Source of the DNA: Squalus acanthias
Lineage: Eukaryota
Direction: 5' to 3'
NCBI GenBank assembly: GCA_030390025.1
Contig: CM059432.1
Location: 142,168,001-142,232,000 of the forward strand
DNA length: 64,000 nucleotides
Shown: piece by piece, positions 1 to 12,389 of the stretch
How the letters are laid out: each line of letters begins with the position of its first letter
Position numbering within the stretch: position 1 is the stretch's first letter
Notes under the pieces: generated by a model
Databases searched by the model: none
The model's input: only the letters and a program-made list of their open reading frames with translations
Told to the model about the DNA's origin: nothing
Translations under genes and position numbers: made by a program

Positions 1-397
1 GCCGCCTGCTCCTTCCCCACCACCATCTGCTCAACCTTTCCACTGAATCCCGTTGGGTAAATATGCTTGTCCTGCAGCTTGCTATGGAAGGAGTGAGTGA
101 TGCCATGAGGTGCTGCCTTCCTCGGTGTCACTGGAACCTATGTCTGCTTGTTGGGGGCTCACTTACAGTCACCGAATCATAGAATGATGCAGCACAGAAG
201 GCGGCATTTCAGCCCACCATGTCTGTGCCGGCTCTTTGAAAGAGATGTCCAATTAGTCCCACTCCCCCCTGCTCATTTCTCCTTTTCAAGAAGAAGAAGA
301 TATGTTGAAATACTGGACTCACGACGCCCCTTCAAACAGAGCTTACAAAGCATGCAATATGTGTCAGAGTGGTATGCTGGTATGTATCTGAGTGAGT

Positions 398-400
<3 letters not shown>

Positions 401-444
<44 letters not shown>
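401..444. repeat. (AG)n microsatellite
   Basis: Direct reading. Confidence 0.95.
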
Positions 445-450
<6 letters not shown>

Positions 451-1658
451 AAAGAGAGAGTGAAGATACTAATAGGAAAAGGCCATTCAGCCTCTCGGGC
501 TGGTTCTGCCATTCAATTAGATCATGGCTGATCTGTACCTCAACTCCATCGACCCGCCTTTGCTCCATATCCCTAGATACCCTTCCCTTACCCAACAAAA
601 TTCTATCTATCTGAGTCTTGAAAGCTCCGATTGACCCCCAGCATCCACAGCTTTTAGGGGAGAGAGTTTTCCAGATTTCCACTACCCTTTGTGTGAAGAA
701 GTGCTTCCTGACATCACCCCTGAATGGCCTGGCTCTAATTTTAAGATTATGCTCCCTTGTTCTGGACTCCCCCCCGCCCACCAGAGGAAATAGTTTATTT
801 TATTCTACAAGAACGGACTGGATTCGAAACCCAAAGCCTCGTAGGCAAAGTTACCTTGTGCTGAGCCATTAAACCGAACAGTGTCAGTGGAATGTGGTTA
901 AACATGGCGTGCAGCATGAGTTGTGTGTTTGGTTTCACTGGCGTGCCATTTATCTTTTGAGAGCAAGCGTTTATAAAACAACAACAACAACTTGCATTCA
1001 TATAGAGCCTTTAACGTAGTGAAACATCCCAAGGCACTTCACAGGAGTGATAACAAACAAAATTTGACAATGAGCCACATAAGGAGATCTTAGGACAGGT
1101 GACCGGTCAAAGAGGTAGGTTTTAAGGAGCGTCTTAAAGGAGGAAATAGAGGTGGAGCATAAGAATTAGGAGGAGTAGGCCATTCGCCCTTCCAGCCTGC
1201 TCCGCCATTTTTCTTTCTTGGGATGTCCGGCATGCTAGCTCCGTCCTCTAATCTAGAGACGCGGAGAGGTTTGGGGGGGGAATTCCAGAGCTTAGGGCCC
1301 CCAGGCAGCTGAAGGCGCGGCCGCCAATGGTGGAGCGATTGAAATCGGGGGGGGATGTGCAAGAGGCCAGAACTGGAGGAGCGCCGAGATCTCGGAGGGT
1401 TGTAGGGCTGGAGGAGATTACAGAGAAAAAGACGAACCTTTGATATTGTGCAATATTGGAGTGTTCTGTCGGGCAAAACGCGCCAGGCTGTGCAGCTGGC
1501 TACAACGGTGAGCTACTCCCCAACTTTTCTGCCACCTAAACCAAGAACAGAATTAAAATCAACTTATCTGTGATCAAGAAATATTCCTAAAACATGTTGG
1601 AACCCAATGTGATAAATAAAACCTTAATTTATACAAATATTCTCGCATGTACAATACT

Positions 1659-2108
1659 GTCAGTGGGTAGCACTCTCGCCTCGGAGTCAGAAGGTTGTGG
1701 GTTCAAGTCCCACTCCAGGGACTCGAGCACAAAAATCCAGGCTGACACTCCAGTGCAGTGCTGAGGGAGTGCTGCACTGTCAGAAGTGCCGTCTTTCAGA
1801 TGAGACGTTAAACCCAGGCCTTTCAGATGGATGTAACAGATCCCAATACACTATTTTGAAGAAGAGCAGGGGGAGTTCTCCCCGGTGTCCTGGGGCCAAA
1901 TATTTATTCCTCACTCAACATCACAAAAAACAGATTATCTGGTCATTATCACATTGCTGTCTGTGGGAGCTTGCTGTGCGTAAATTGGCTGCCACGTTTC
2001 CTACAATACAACAGTGACTCCACTTCAAAAGTACTTCATTGGCTGTAAAGTGTTTGGGACACCCTGCGGTCGTGAAAGGCGCTATAGAAATGCAAGTCTT
2101 TCTTTTTT
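1659..2108 (+). mobile_element. tRNA-derived DeuSINE (SacSINE1-like)
   Basis: A/B-box head (TCAGTGGGTAGC...GGTTCAAGTCCC), Deu-type core, L2-like tail; further copies near 7645-7980(-), 20815-21270(-), 24070-24595, 28922-29192, 32405-32800 and 55497-56758. Confidence 0.85.
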
Positions 2109-2341
2109 CCCCCTTTATTTACCCTGATTGTACCTGGATTTATTTGTTTGGATATCTACGCACTCAAATCAGTATCGATTCTGTTACTGATTTTACTGCT
2201 GCAATGAAAGAAAGAGAAGGCCTCTTCAACAGCAGCGGAAATACCAGTCACCAGGGTTAATCTGAAAAAGACATCATTTTGGGCTGCAGCATAACCGAGA
2301 GTGATGCTCAGTAAATGTCTGGGATTTACTGCATGTGGCTA

Positions 2342-3080
2342 CAACAACAACTTGCATTTATACAGCACCTTTAACGGAGTAAAACATCGCAAGGTGCTCA
2401 CAGGAGCGTTATCAGATGAAGATTTGACACCGAGATATTAGAACAGGAGACCAAAAGCTTGCTCAAAGAGGTAGATTTTAAGGAGCATCGTAAAGGAGGA
2501 GAGAGAGGTCGAGAGGAGGAGATGTTGAGGGAGGGAATTCCGGAGCTTAGGGCCCAGGCAGCTGAAGGCACGGCCACCAATGGTGGAGCGATGGAAATCA
2601 GGGATGCTCAAGAGGGCAGAATTGGAGGAGCGCAGAGATCTCGGAGGGTTGCGGGGCTGGAGGAGGTTACAGAGATAGGGAGGGGGCGAGGCCATGGAGG
2701 GATTTGAAAACAAGGATGAGAATTTTAAAATTGAGTCGTTGCCGGACCGGGAGCCAATGTAGGCCAGCGAGCTCAGGGGGTGATGGGTGAACGGGACTCG
2801 GTGCGAGTTAGAACACGGGGCAGCAGTTTTGGATGAGCTCGAGTTTACGGAAGGCTGAAGATGGGAGGCCGGCCAGGAGAGCGTTGGAATAGTCGAGTCT
2901 GGAGGTCATGAAAACATGGATGAAGGTTTCAGCAGCAGATGAGCTGAGGCAGGGGCGGAGACGGGCGATGTTACAGAGGTGGAAGTAGGCGGTCTTGGTG
3001 ATGGAGAGGATATGGGGTCGAAAGCTCGGCTCAGGGTCAAATAGGATGCCGAGGTTGCGAACGGTCTGGTTCAGCTTCGG
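2342..3080 (-). mobile_element. L2-type LINE 3' fragment
   Basis: Same 3' module as at 978-1425, 8805-9200, 9545-9964, 48430-48990 and 53625-54345 (LDYSN..L...LH WLPV..RLDFKIL in copies; GTTGTT tail). Confidence 0.8.
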
Positions 3081-3183
3081 GCCTTGCAGGTATTATCAAT
3101 CGGAACCTGCTTAAGAGATGGCCAGCAAACAGTCATGGAGTGGATGGAAATACTTTTACAGCTCACTCCTCTGAGTCAGAGGT

Positions 3184-6100
3184 TTTTTTTATTCGTTCAT
3201 GGGATGTGGGCGTCGCTGTCAAGGCCGGCATTTATTGCCCATCCCTAATTGCCCTTGAGAAGGTGGTGGTGAGCCGCCTTCTTCAATCGCTGCAGTCCGT
3301 GTAGTGAAGGTACTCCCACAGTGCTGTTAGGGAGGGAGTTCCAGGATTTTGACCCAGCGACGATGAAGGATCGGCGATATACTTCTAAGTCAGGATGGTG
3401 TGTGACTTGGAGGGGAACTTGCAGGTGGTGGTGTTCCCATTCGCCTGCTGCCCTTGTCCTTCTAAGTGGAAGAGGTCGCGGGTTTGGGAGGTGCTGCCGA
3501 AGAAGCCTTGGCGAGTTGCTGCAGTGCATCTTGTAGATGGTACACACTGCAGCCACGGTACGCCGGTGGTGGAGGGAGTGAATGTTTAAGGTGGTGGATG
3601 GGGTGCCAATCAAGCGGGCTGCTTTGTCCTGGATGGTGTCGAGCTTCTTGAGTGTTGTTGGAGCTGCACTCATCTAGGCAAGTAGACAGTATTCCATCAC
3701 ACTCCTTACTTGTGCCTTGTAGATGGTGGAAAGGTTTTGGGGAGTCAGGAGGTGAGACACTCACTGCAGAATACCCAGCCTCTGACCTGCTCTTGTTGCC
3801 ACAGTATTTATGTGGCTGGTCCAGTTAAGTTTCTGGTCAATGGTGACACCCAAGATGTTGATGGTGGAGGATTCAGCAATGGTAATAATGTCAAGGGGAG
3901 GTGGTTAGACTCTCGCAATGTTGGAGATAGTCATTGCCTGGCACTTCTGTGGCGCGAATGTTACTTGCCACTTATCAGCCCAAGCCTGAACGTCGTCCAG
4001 GTCTTGTTGCATGCGGGCATGGACTGCTTCATTCACTGTGCAGTCATCAGCGAACATCCCCATTTCTGACCTTATGACGGAGGGAAGGTCATTGATGAAG
4101 CAGCTGAAGATGGTTGGGCCTAGGACACTGCCCTGAGGAACTCCTGCAGCGATGTCCTGGGGCTGTGATAATTGACCTCCAACCACCACAACCATCTTCC
4201 TTTGTGCTACATATGACTTCAGCCAATGAAGAATTTTCCCCCCGATTCTCATTGACTTCAGTTTTACTAGGGCTCCTTGATGCCACACTCGGTCAAATGC
4301 TGCCTTGATGTCAAGGGCAGTCATTCTCACCTCGCCTCTGGAATTCAGCTCCTTTGTCCATGTTTGGACCAAGGCTGTAATGAGGTCGGGAGCCGAGTGG
4401 TCTTGGCGGAACCCAAACTTGGCATCAGTGAGCAGGTTATTGGTGAGTAAGTGCCGCTTGATAGCACTGTCGATGACACCTTCCATCACTTTGCTGATGA
4501 TTGAGAGTAGACTGATGGGCGGTAATTGGCCGGATGGGATTTGTCCTGCTTTTTGTGGACAGGACATACCTGGGCAGTTTTCCACATTGTTGGATAGATG
4601 CCAGTGTTGTAGCTGTGCTGGAAAAGCTTGGCTAGAGGCACGGCTAGTTCTGGAGCACAAGTCTTCAACATGACAGCCGGGATGTTGTCGGCGCCCACAG
4701 CCTTTGCTGTATCCAGTGCACTCAGCCGTTTCTTGATATCACGTGGAGTGAATCGAATTGGCTGAAGACTGGCTTCTGTGATAGTGGGGACCTCAGGAGG
4801 AGGCCGATATGGATCATCCACTCGGCACTTCTGGCTGAAGATGGTTGCAAACGCTTCAACCTTGTCTTTTGCACTCACATGCTGGACTCCATCATCATTG
4901 AGGATGGGGATATTCATGGAGCATCCCCCTCCCGTTAGTTGTTTAATGGTCCACCACCATTCACGACTGGATGTGGCAGGACTGCAGAGCTTTGATCTGA
5001 TCCGTTGATTGTGGGATCGCTTATCTCTCTCTATAGCATGCTGCTTCCGCTGTTTAGCATGCATGTCGTCCTGTGTTGCAGCTTCCCAGGTTGGCACCTC
5101 ATTTTTAGGTACGCCTGGTGCTGCTCCTGGCATGCTCTTCTGCACTCCTTATTGAACCAGGGTTGGTCCCCTGGCTTGATGGTAATGGTAGAGTGAGGGA
5201 TATGCTGGGCCATGAGGTTACAGATTGTGGTGGAATACAATTCTGCTGCTGATGGCTCACAGCGCCTCATGGATGCCCAGTTTTGAGCTGCTAAATCTGT
5301 TCTGAATCTATCCATTTTAGCACGGTGGTAGTGCCACACTACACGATACAGTGTGAAGACAGGACTTCGTCTCCGCAATGACTGTGCGGTGATCAATGCT
5401 GTCATGGACAGATGCATCTGCAACAGGTAGATTGGTGAGGACGAGGTCAAGTAATTTTTTTCCCCTCATATTGGTTCTCTCACCACCTGTTGCAGGCCCA
5501 GACTGGCAGCTATGTCCTTCAGGACTCGGCCAGCTCGGTCAGTAGTGGTGCTACCGAGCCACTCTTGGTGATGGACATTGAAGTCCCCCACCCAGAGTAC
5601 ATTCTGTGCCCTTGCTACTCTCAGTGCTTCTTCCAAGTGCTGTTCAACATGGTGGAGTACTGATTCATCAGCTGAGGGAGGGCAGTAGGTGGTAATCAGC
5701 AGGAGGTTTCCTTGCCCATGCTTGACCTGAAGCCATGAGACTTCCTGGGGTCCGGAGTCAATGTTGAGGACTCCCAGGGCCACTCCTTCCCGACTGTATA
5801 CCACTGTGCCGCCACCCCTGGTGGGTCTGTGGGACAGGACATACCCAGGGATGGTGATGGAGAGGTCTGGGACATTGGCTAAAAGGTATGATTCTGTGAG
5901 TATGACTATGTCAGGCTGTTGCTTGACTAGCCTGTGGGACAGCTCTCCCAATCGTTGGTGAGGAGGACGTTGCAGGGTTGACTGGGCTGGGTATGCCATT
6001 GCCGTGTCCGTAGCCGGTGCCGAGGTCGATGCCGGGTGCTCCGTCCGGTTTTATTCTTCTTGTTGTTTTTCGTAGCGGTTTGTTACAACGGAGTGGCTTG

Positions 6101-6340
6101 CTAGGCCATTTCAGAGGGCAGTTAAGAGTCAACCACATTGCCTTCCCTGAAGGACATTAGTGAACCAGATGGGTTTTTACGACAATCCGATAGTTTCATG
6201 GGCACCATTACTGATACCCGCTTTTTATTCCAGATTTATTTAATTAACTGAATTTAAATTCCCCAGCTGCCGTGGTGGGATTTGAACTCACGTCTCTGGA
6301 TCATTAGTCCAGTAACATTACCACTATGCTACCGTTCCCT
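3184..6340 (-). mobile_element. Degraded CR1-superclade (Zenon-like) LINE: endonuclease plus reverse transcriptase, frameshifted
   Basis: ORF pieces with DIVILTES, VGDFNVHH, LDIKAAFDRVWH, GVPQGSVLGP, FADD; 3' end near 3184. Confidence 0.88.
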
Positions 6341-6426
6341 ACTTCATTTTATCAAGACTCATTTAAAACTCTACAAATGATACACACTGATTTCTTGCAT
6401 ATCTTGATTCCTTTCAGCACCAGTAC

Positions 6427-6549
6427 CTGATATCAGTTATTTCCAGTTGCTGGCATAGTTCCGTTTTTAACCGATCGAGCTCATCCCGCAGTGGAATACT
6501 GACACTTAACTTCGCTGAGGCAGCGGATATATTTTTATGCAACCACAAT
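6427..6549 (-). CDS. TCAIM: TCAIM coding exon 5 (LWLHKNISAASAKLSVSIPLRDELDRLKTELCQQLEITDIR); gene continues beyond position 1
   Basis: Matches TCAIM WL...PLRKELDRLK...QLSDIR; TTGCAG acceptor, AG|GTACTG donor. Confidence 0.92.
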
Positions 6550-6589
6550 CTGCAAAGCAAATATCAGTATCAGTGTGTCAGTATTACTG

Positions 6590-6820
6590 ATACAATAGCA
6601 AAATACTGCAGATGCTGGAAATCTGAAACAACAAGAGAAAATGCTGGAAACACTCAGCAGGCCAGGCAGCATCCGTGGAGAGAGAAACTGCTTAAAATCA
6701 GTTACAGCTCTAGCCTTCTCCAGTTCTGATGAAGGGTCCCAGACCTGAAACGTTAACTCTGTTTCGCTCTCCACGGATGCTGCCTGGCCTGCTGAGTGTT
6801 TCCAGCATTTTCTGTTGTTA
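6590..6820. mobile_element. Penelope-like element remnant (inverted pLTR) with minimal hammerhead motif
   Basis: Inverted arms; 14-bp TSD TGTCAGTATTACTG; CTGATGA...GAAACGTTA core near 6726-6755. Confidence 0.75.
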
Positions 6821-8099
6821 TGTCAGTATTACTGCCCTGATAGTATCACTAGTCTCCTCAAAACTCGTCCAGTCATTTAAAATTAAAAACCGCAGGGCTG
6901 AAATAATCCATTGGTCTTCTAACCACTTTTACAACAACCACTTTTAAAGCATATATACAGTAATGCCATATTGCCACCCCACCGTCTCAAATCATGAGAC
7001 AATCAGACAAGGTTCTGTACAAGTTTAACATAACTTCTCTGCTTTTGAAATTAACCCCAGTGCTTTATTTGCATTTTCATGGCTTTTTTAACCTGCGTTC
7101 CTACTTGTAATGATTTGCGAATCTATAGCAAACTTTAGGATTGTCCACCTCTACTGCAACATAGAGTAGGAGACTAGCTGACCACGAAACCAGCACCACC
7201 AACCCTATACAAATCACACATTTCACAGTGTTACCAGGAGTAAATATATTCAGTACAACGATCGCTGATCACTTTATCTACAAAATATAGAAATCGATGA
7301 AAGCTTTTCCAATTTGCTTTTTCACTTCACAAAATGGACAGAATACCCGAACTTGGACAAGTAAGGTTATGAGAATTTCACTGCCTGAAAGGGCGGTGGA
7401 AGCAGATTCAACAGTAACTTTCAAAAGGGAATTGGGTAAATACTAGAAGGAACACAGTGCTGGGCTACGGGGAAAGAGTAGGGGGAGTGGGACTAATTGG
7501 ATCGCTCTTTCAAAGAGCCAGCAAGGGCACGATGGGCCGAATGGTCTCCTTCTGTGCTGTATGATTTCAAAAACATATAGTTTTTTTTTTGCAGCATAAT
7601 CCATTAATTTTCAAGAACAGTGTAGTTAACTGGCAGCTAGTAAGAAAGAAAGATTTTATATAGCGCCTTTCACCACATCAGGACATCCCAAAGTGATTTA
7701 CAGCCACTTTTGAGTTGTAGTCACTGTTGTAGGAAACGTGACAGCCAATTTATGCTGTTCTTCGAAATAGTGCCATGGGATCTTTTATGTCCACCTGAGA
7801 GGGCAGACGAGGCCTCGGTTTAATGTCTCATCCGAAAGACGGTACCTCCGACAGTGCAGCACTCCCTCAGCACTGCACTGGGAGCGTCAGCCTGGATTAG
7901 GCGCTCAAGTCTCTGGAGTGGGGATTTGAACCCAGGACCTTCTGAGGCTGGAGTGCTACCCACTGAGCCACGGCTGACACTTGGATAATTAGTTAAATGT
8001 TAACGATGTAATTATCCAGAACTACTTCTCACCAGTGCAATAATCAAAGCTATTCACACGACTTAACTCCTGTAAGTAGGAAGGAACAGTTTCTTGTAC

Positions 8100-8349
8100 C
8101 CGAGTAGAGGTTCCATGCGGCGAGTGCAGTCCAGCTCTTCCTCTGGGTCCCTGTAGCCAGTGAAGGTGTAGTAGGTCTTATCCCACCGGATAGGTCTACT
8201 GAACTGAGTGCTCCCATTTCGATGATGCAGGCCCGTGTCAACCGGAGAGTCCTGGACATGCTCAGTGGATAAACTGCAGGATTTCAAGATATTTACAACC
8301 GTACTGAGAAGGTCCTTGGTCTGCAGGGTGAAACTGACTGCTCGAAATC
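8100..8349 (-). CDS. TCAIM: TCAIM coding exon 4 (GFRAVSFTLQTKDLLSTVVNILKSCSL...RPIRWDKTYYTFTGYRDPEEEL...)
   Basis: Matches TCAIM GFRAVKFTL and RPIKWDKSYYSFTGFKDPDE; TTTCAG acceptor, GG|GTACAA donor. Confidence 0.93.
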
Positions 8350-9544
8350 CTGAAACAAACAGTTTTGTTTTAATTGTTTCAGCTTTAGTGTACTAGAAGA
8401 GGAAAATAAATGTTCATTCAACTCGTTATCTGCATAAAGCAAACTTACTACAGTACAATATGAAATCATAGAATCATACAGCACAGGAGGAGGCCATTCG
8501 GCCCATCATGCTGTATCAGCTCTTTGAAAGAGCGATCCAATTAGTCCCACTCCCGTGCTCTTTCCTCACAGCCCTGCAAATTTTTCAAGTATTTATCCAG
8601 TTCTCTTTTGAAAGTTACTATTGAATCTGCTTCCACTGCCCTTTCAGGCAGTGCATTCCAGATCACAACAACTGATATACACAAAGGAAAATAAAATCAA
8701 CAATAAACTGAAGTGTAAAATTGCTAAAGCCGCGCTGCTGCAATCACCCACTTCAAAAGTTCTACAGTTTGGTAGATTTCGAGGTAGAACACCCACGTAC
8801 AGTAGAACTTATTTGGCGCCTTTAACATAGTAAAACGTCCCAAGATGCTTCACAGGAGCGATTATCAAAAAAATTTGACACTGAGCCACATAAGGAGAGA
8901 TTAGGACAGGTGACCAAAAGCTTGGTCAAAGAGGTAGGTTTTAAGGAGCCTCTTAAAGGAGGAGGAGAGGTAGCGAGGTGGAGAGGTTTAGGGAGGGAAT
9001 TCCAGAGCTTAGGGCCCAGGCAGCTGAAGGCACGGCCGCCAATGATGGAACGATGAAAATCGGGGAATGCGCAAGAGGCCAGAACTGGAGGAGCGCAGAG
9101 ATCTCGGGAGGGTTGCAGGGCTGGAGGAGGTTACAGAGATAGGGAGGGGGCGGGAGGCCACGGAGGGATTTGAAAACAAGGATGAGAATTTTAAAATTGG
9201 AGGGGTAGGCCAGCGAGCACACTACCACTGTAATGCACCTCTCAGCCTGCCAGTGACCCACTGCAAGGCAGTAAAGCACTTGCGCATCACTACACCACTG
9301 TCACTGCTCCGCCCTCTCCCAGATTATACATCTCCGTTCCCTGCCCCAGAGGAAGATACGCAACTGCTGTGAACCATGGAAAATAGTAAATATGCAGTAG
9401 GAGGGGCTAAACATGAGAATAGAAAACATAATAGGCTTGCATTTAATGGCTTCAGCATCTTTGCTAAGCAAATGGTGTCTTGCTAGAAGAACAATGAAAC
9501 AGGCTACTGCATATCAAAATGCAATTTTTAAAAAATGGCTTGAA

Positions 9545-9964
9545 CCCTCATCCATGCCTTTGTCACCTCCAGATTTGACTATTCCAACACACTCTTGGCC
9601 GGTCTCCCATCTTCCACCCTCCCTAAACTTGTGCTCATCCAAAACTCTGCTGCCCCGTATCCTAACTCGCACCAAGTCCCGTTCACCCATCACCCCCTGC
9701 GCTCGCTGACCTACACTGGCTCCCGGTCCAGCAACGACTCGATTTTAAAATTCTCATCCTCGTTTTCGAATCCCGCCATATCCTCACCCCTCCCTACCTC
9801 TGTAACCTCCTCCAGCCCGACAACTCTCCGAGATCTCTGCGTTCCTCCATATCTGACCTCCTGCGCAGCCCTGATTTTCATCGCTCCACCACTGGCGGCC
9901 GTGCCTTCAGCTGCCGAGGCCCTAAGCTGCGGAATTCCCTCCCTAAACCTCTCCGCCTCTCCAC
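9545..9964 (+). mobile_element. L2 3' fragment, 5' part; interrupted by the hAT element and resuming at 18492
   Basis: Colinear with other L2 copies in the window up to CTCTCCAC. Confidence 0.85.
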
Positions 9965-12389
9965 CAATGTTCCCTCTAATTTTTTTTTGTACTGAGCGGG
10001 CCACAAACGCCTTCGAGTGCGACCTTTTTGTCAGTGAGCAAATTTTACAACAACAACTACTGTTACAACAACAACTTTAAAGCATATATGCAGTAATGCC
10101 ATATTGCCACCCCACCGTCTTAAATCATGAGACAATCAAACAAGGTTCTATACAAGTTTAACATAACTTCTCTGCTTTCGAAATGAACCCAGTGCTTTAT
10201 TTGCACTTTCATGGCTTTTTTAACCTGCGTTGCTACTTGTAATGATTTGTGAATCTATACCCCTAGATCCCCTTGCACCTCTACCTCATTTAGACTCTTA
10301 TTTTCCCAGGATTAGGGAGCCTCCTTATTCCTCCTACCAAAATGCACCACCTCACACTTACCTATTATTGAAATTCATTTGTCATTTACATGCAAGTTTG
10401 TTTACGGTAGAATTAATTAAAAGTTTTTAGTTCGTCATGTACAAACTCTATTTAAAAAAATTACTTGTCAGAAATGACTGAGATATAAAAGAACTGCATA
10501 ATAATGCATTAACACTTCAGAAACATCACTCAGTTACACGGTTATGCACCGACAAACAATCCCAAAAGCCCAAGGTGAGCTGAAAGAGGCATACCTATTC
10601 ATGCAATTTGTACTAATTTTAAAGTTTTCAACATATTAGCCCATCCCTCATGTCACTATAGCAGTGGCTGCACAAGCAGCAGGAGCAGCAGCTTTCCTAT
10701 GGCGCTGACGTGCTTTACGTCCACATAAGTAATTAGAATATTAATCACAATGCAACCAGACACCCAACAGATATAAAGCACTGTAGTTCTTTAGTTCACA
10801 GTATTAAAAAGAATTGAACAAAAACAGGGATCCATATTTCCAACTTCAATTACTTCCATTAATAAATTGAACCAGCGCACCCCCCATGTAACAAGTCAGA
10901 AATGCAGCACTTATTCACCAGTGTAGAAAAACACATACACAATTTGCGTCACCGAATTAAAAACAAAAAGCAGGAAAAGCTATGATTTAACAGAAATAAA
11001 CATTCCTCTTTCTTCCTGGACAGGGGAACCAATCAGACTGACTTGGATACTAATATGGTGACATAAAGATGTTAATTTACGAATTTTGCTTCTAATGTTT
11101 TTCTCTCAAACATTCTCCACAATATTAATCCCTGCTCTTATCACGAAAAGTGTTGAATTATTTTAGGTACCTCGCAATTAAATAGCGGGAGACAAACTTC
11201 ATTGTACTCTCAATTTTTAATCTCCTATTTCAAACATTTATACCAAATCAAAATTGTACATTATCAGTTTAATTGAAGTATTTTCTGTGTCTTGCTCAAT
11301 AAACAAATAGTGGTTTCTTCTAAAGTAGCTTCTTTCAATTTTTATACATCATTACATAACTCTTGTTTCTATTAACACTCCACTAAATGTTTAAGAGGAA
11401 ATCTATATTTACATTATTCCTGGGACTTGTTCGGACTATAGAACGACAGGCAAAATAACATGGTTTGTGTTTTTCCCCTTTATTGGTTCTCTTCCTAAAC
11501 GTCTCAATGATATATTTTTTTAAAAGTCAATAAAAAGTAATATGTAACTCCTACAAATCCTCCTCCTCAACAGCATGGTTGCATGTTTGTGAAAAGCTAC
11601 TCACTTCAGTCGATCGTTCAAAATCAAATATTGAGAAATTTCAATTTTAAAATGTTTTAAGCATTTCAGAACCTCTTTAAAAGCATTTGGACTTCAAGAC
11701 CTGGTTGAAACTTGTTTAGATGAGGGGAAAATTGATTTTTGCTTGTTTCTTCCAAAATCATATTCAAAACTTAGGGGGAAAAAGTGTTTTTATCACTCAT
11801 CTTTAAATTCTTTCAAGTCTCGTTGCAGCTTTGACAGAAGAAGTTACTCCAAGTTTCTCTTTTCCTCTTCAACGCTGCCGTTAAACATACAACAAAAAAT
11901 AATAAAATAAAATAAGAAAGTGAATAAAGTGGTTAAACTTCCTAAGAAGGCGGTGAGGTTATCTATCCCCAGCCTTGGCGATGAGTTGGGATCAGTTTTA
12001 GAGAAGTTGTTTCCTCTTTTTCTGCTGCCGTTCCCTCCGTCTCTCACAGACTCTGAGGTACAAACAGGGGCACAAACTTCTTCCCCTCTCTCATAACATG
12101 ATTTAAATAACCCTGATAAACTCTTTCAAAAAGGGCACAACACCTGGCAAAATTTAACTGGAACTTACCACGGGACATTCAACATCACTTTCCCGTATTT
12201 TTTTTTCCAGTTTTAAACAATTTTCCGAATTTTTTTTTAAAATTTCACCGTGGGCCTAAAAATTGTTTGCTTTAGCCTCCTTCCAGCGGCCATTGTACAT
12301 GTGCTGCGCCTCCATCTGTGTTGTTATAAAGTGCGGCCGCTGCTCAGTCCCCGGGAACGGACTACAAGCGTCTGGACCCTCAACCTTCT

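Noticed and set aside
855..953. Exon-like minus-strand segment ending in AAG|GTAACT as the next TCAIM exon
   Set aside because: Does not encode the expected WQRSWG...HRCSQL sequence and has an immediate stop in the required phase.
11844..12047. 67-aa minus-strand ORF with a hydrophobic stretch
   Set aside because: GTG start, hydrophobicity comes from an A-rich tract, and no recognisable homology; kept only as part of the hAT cargo.
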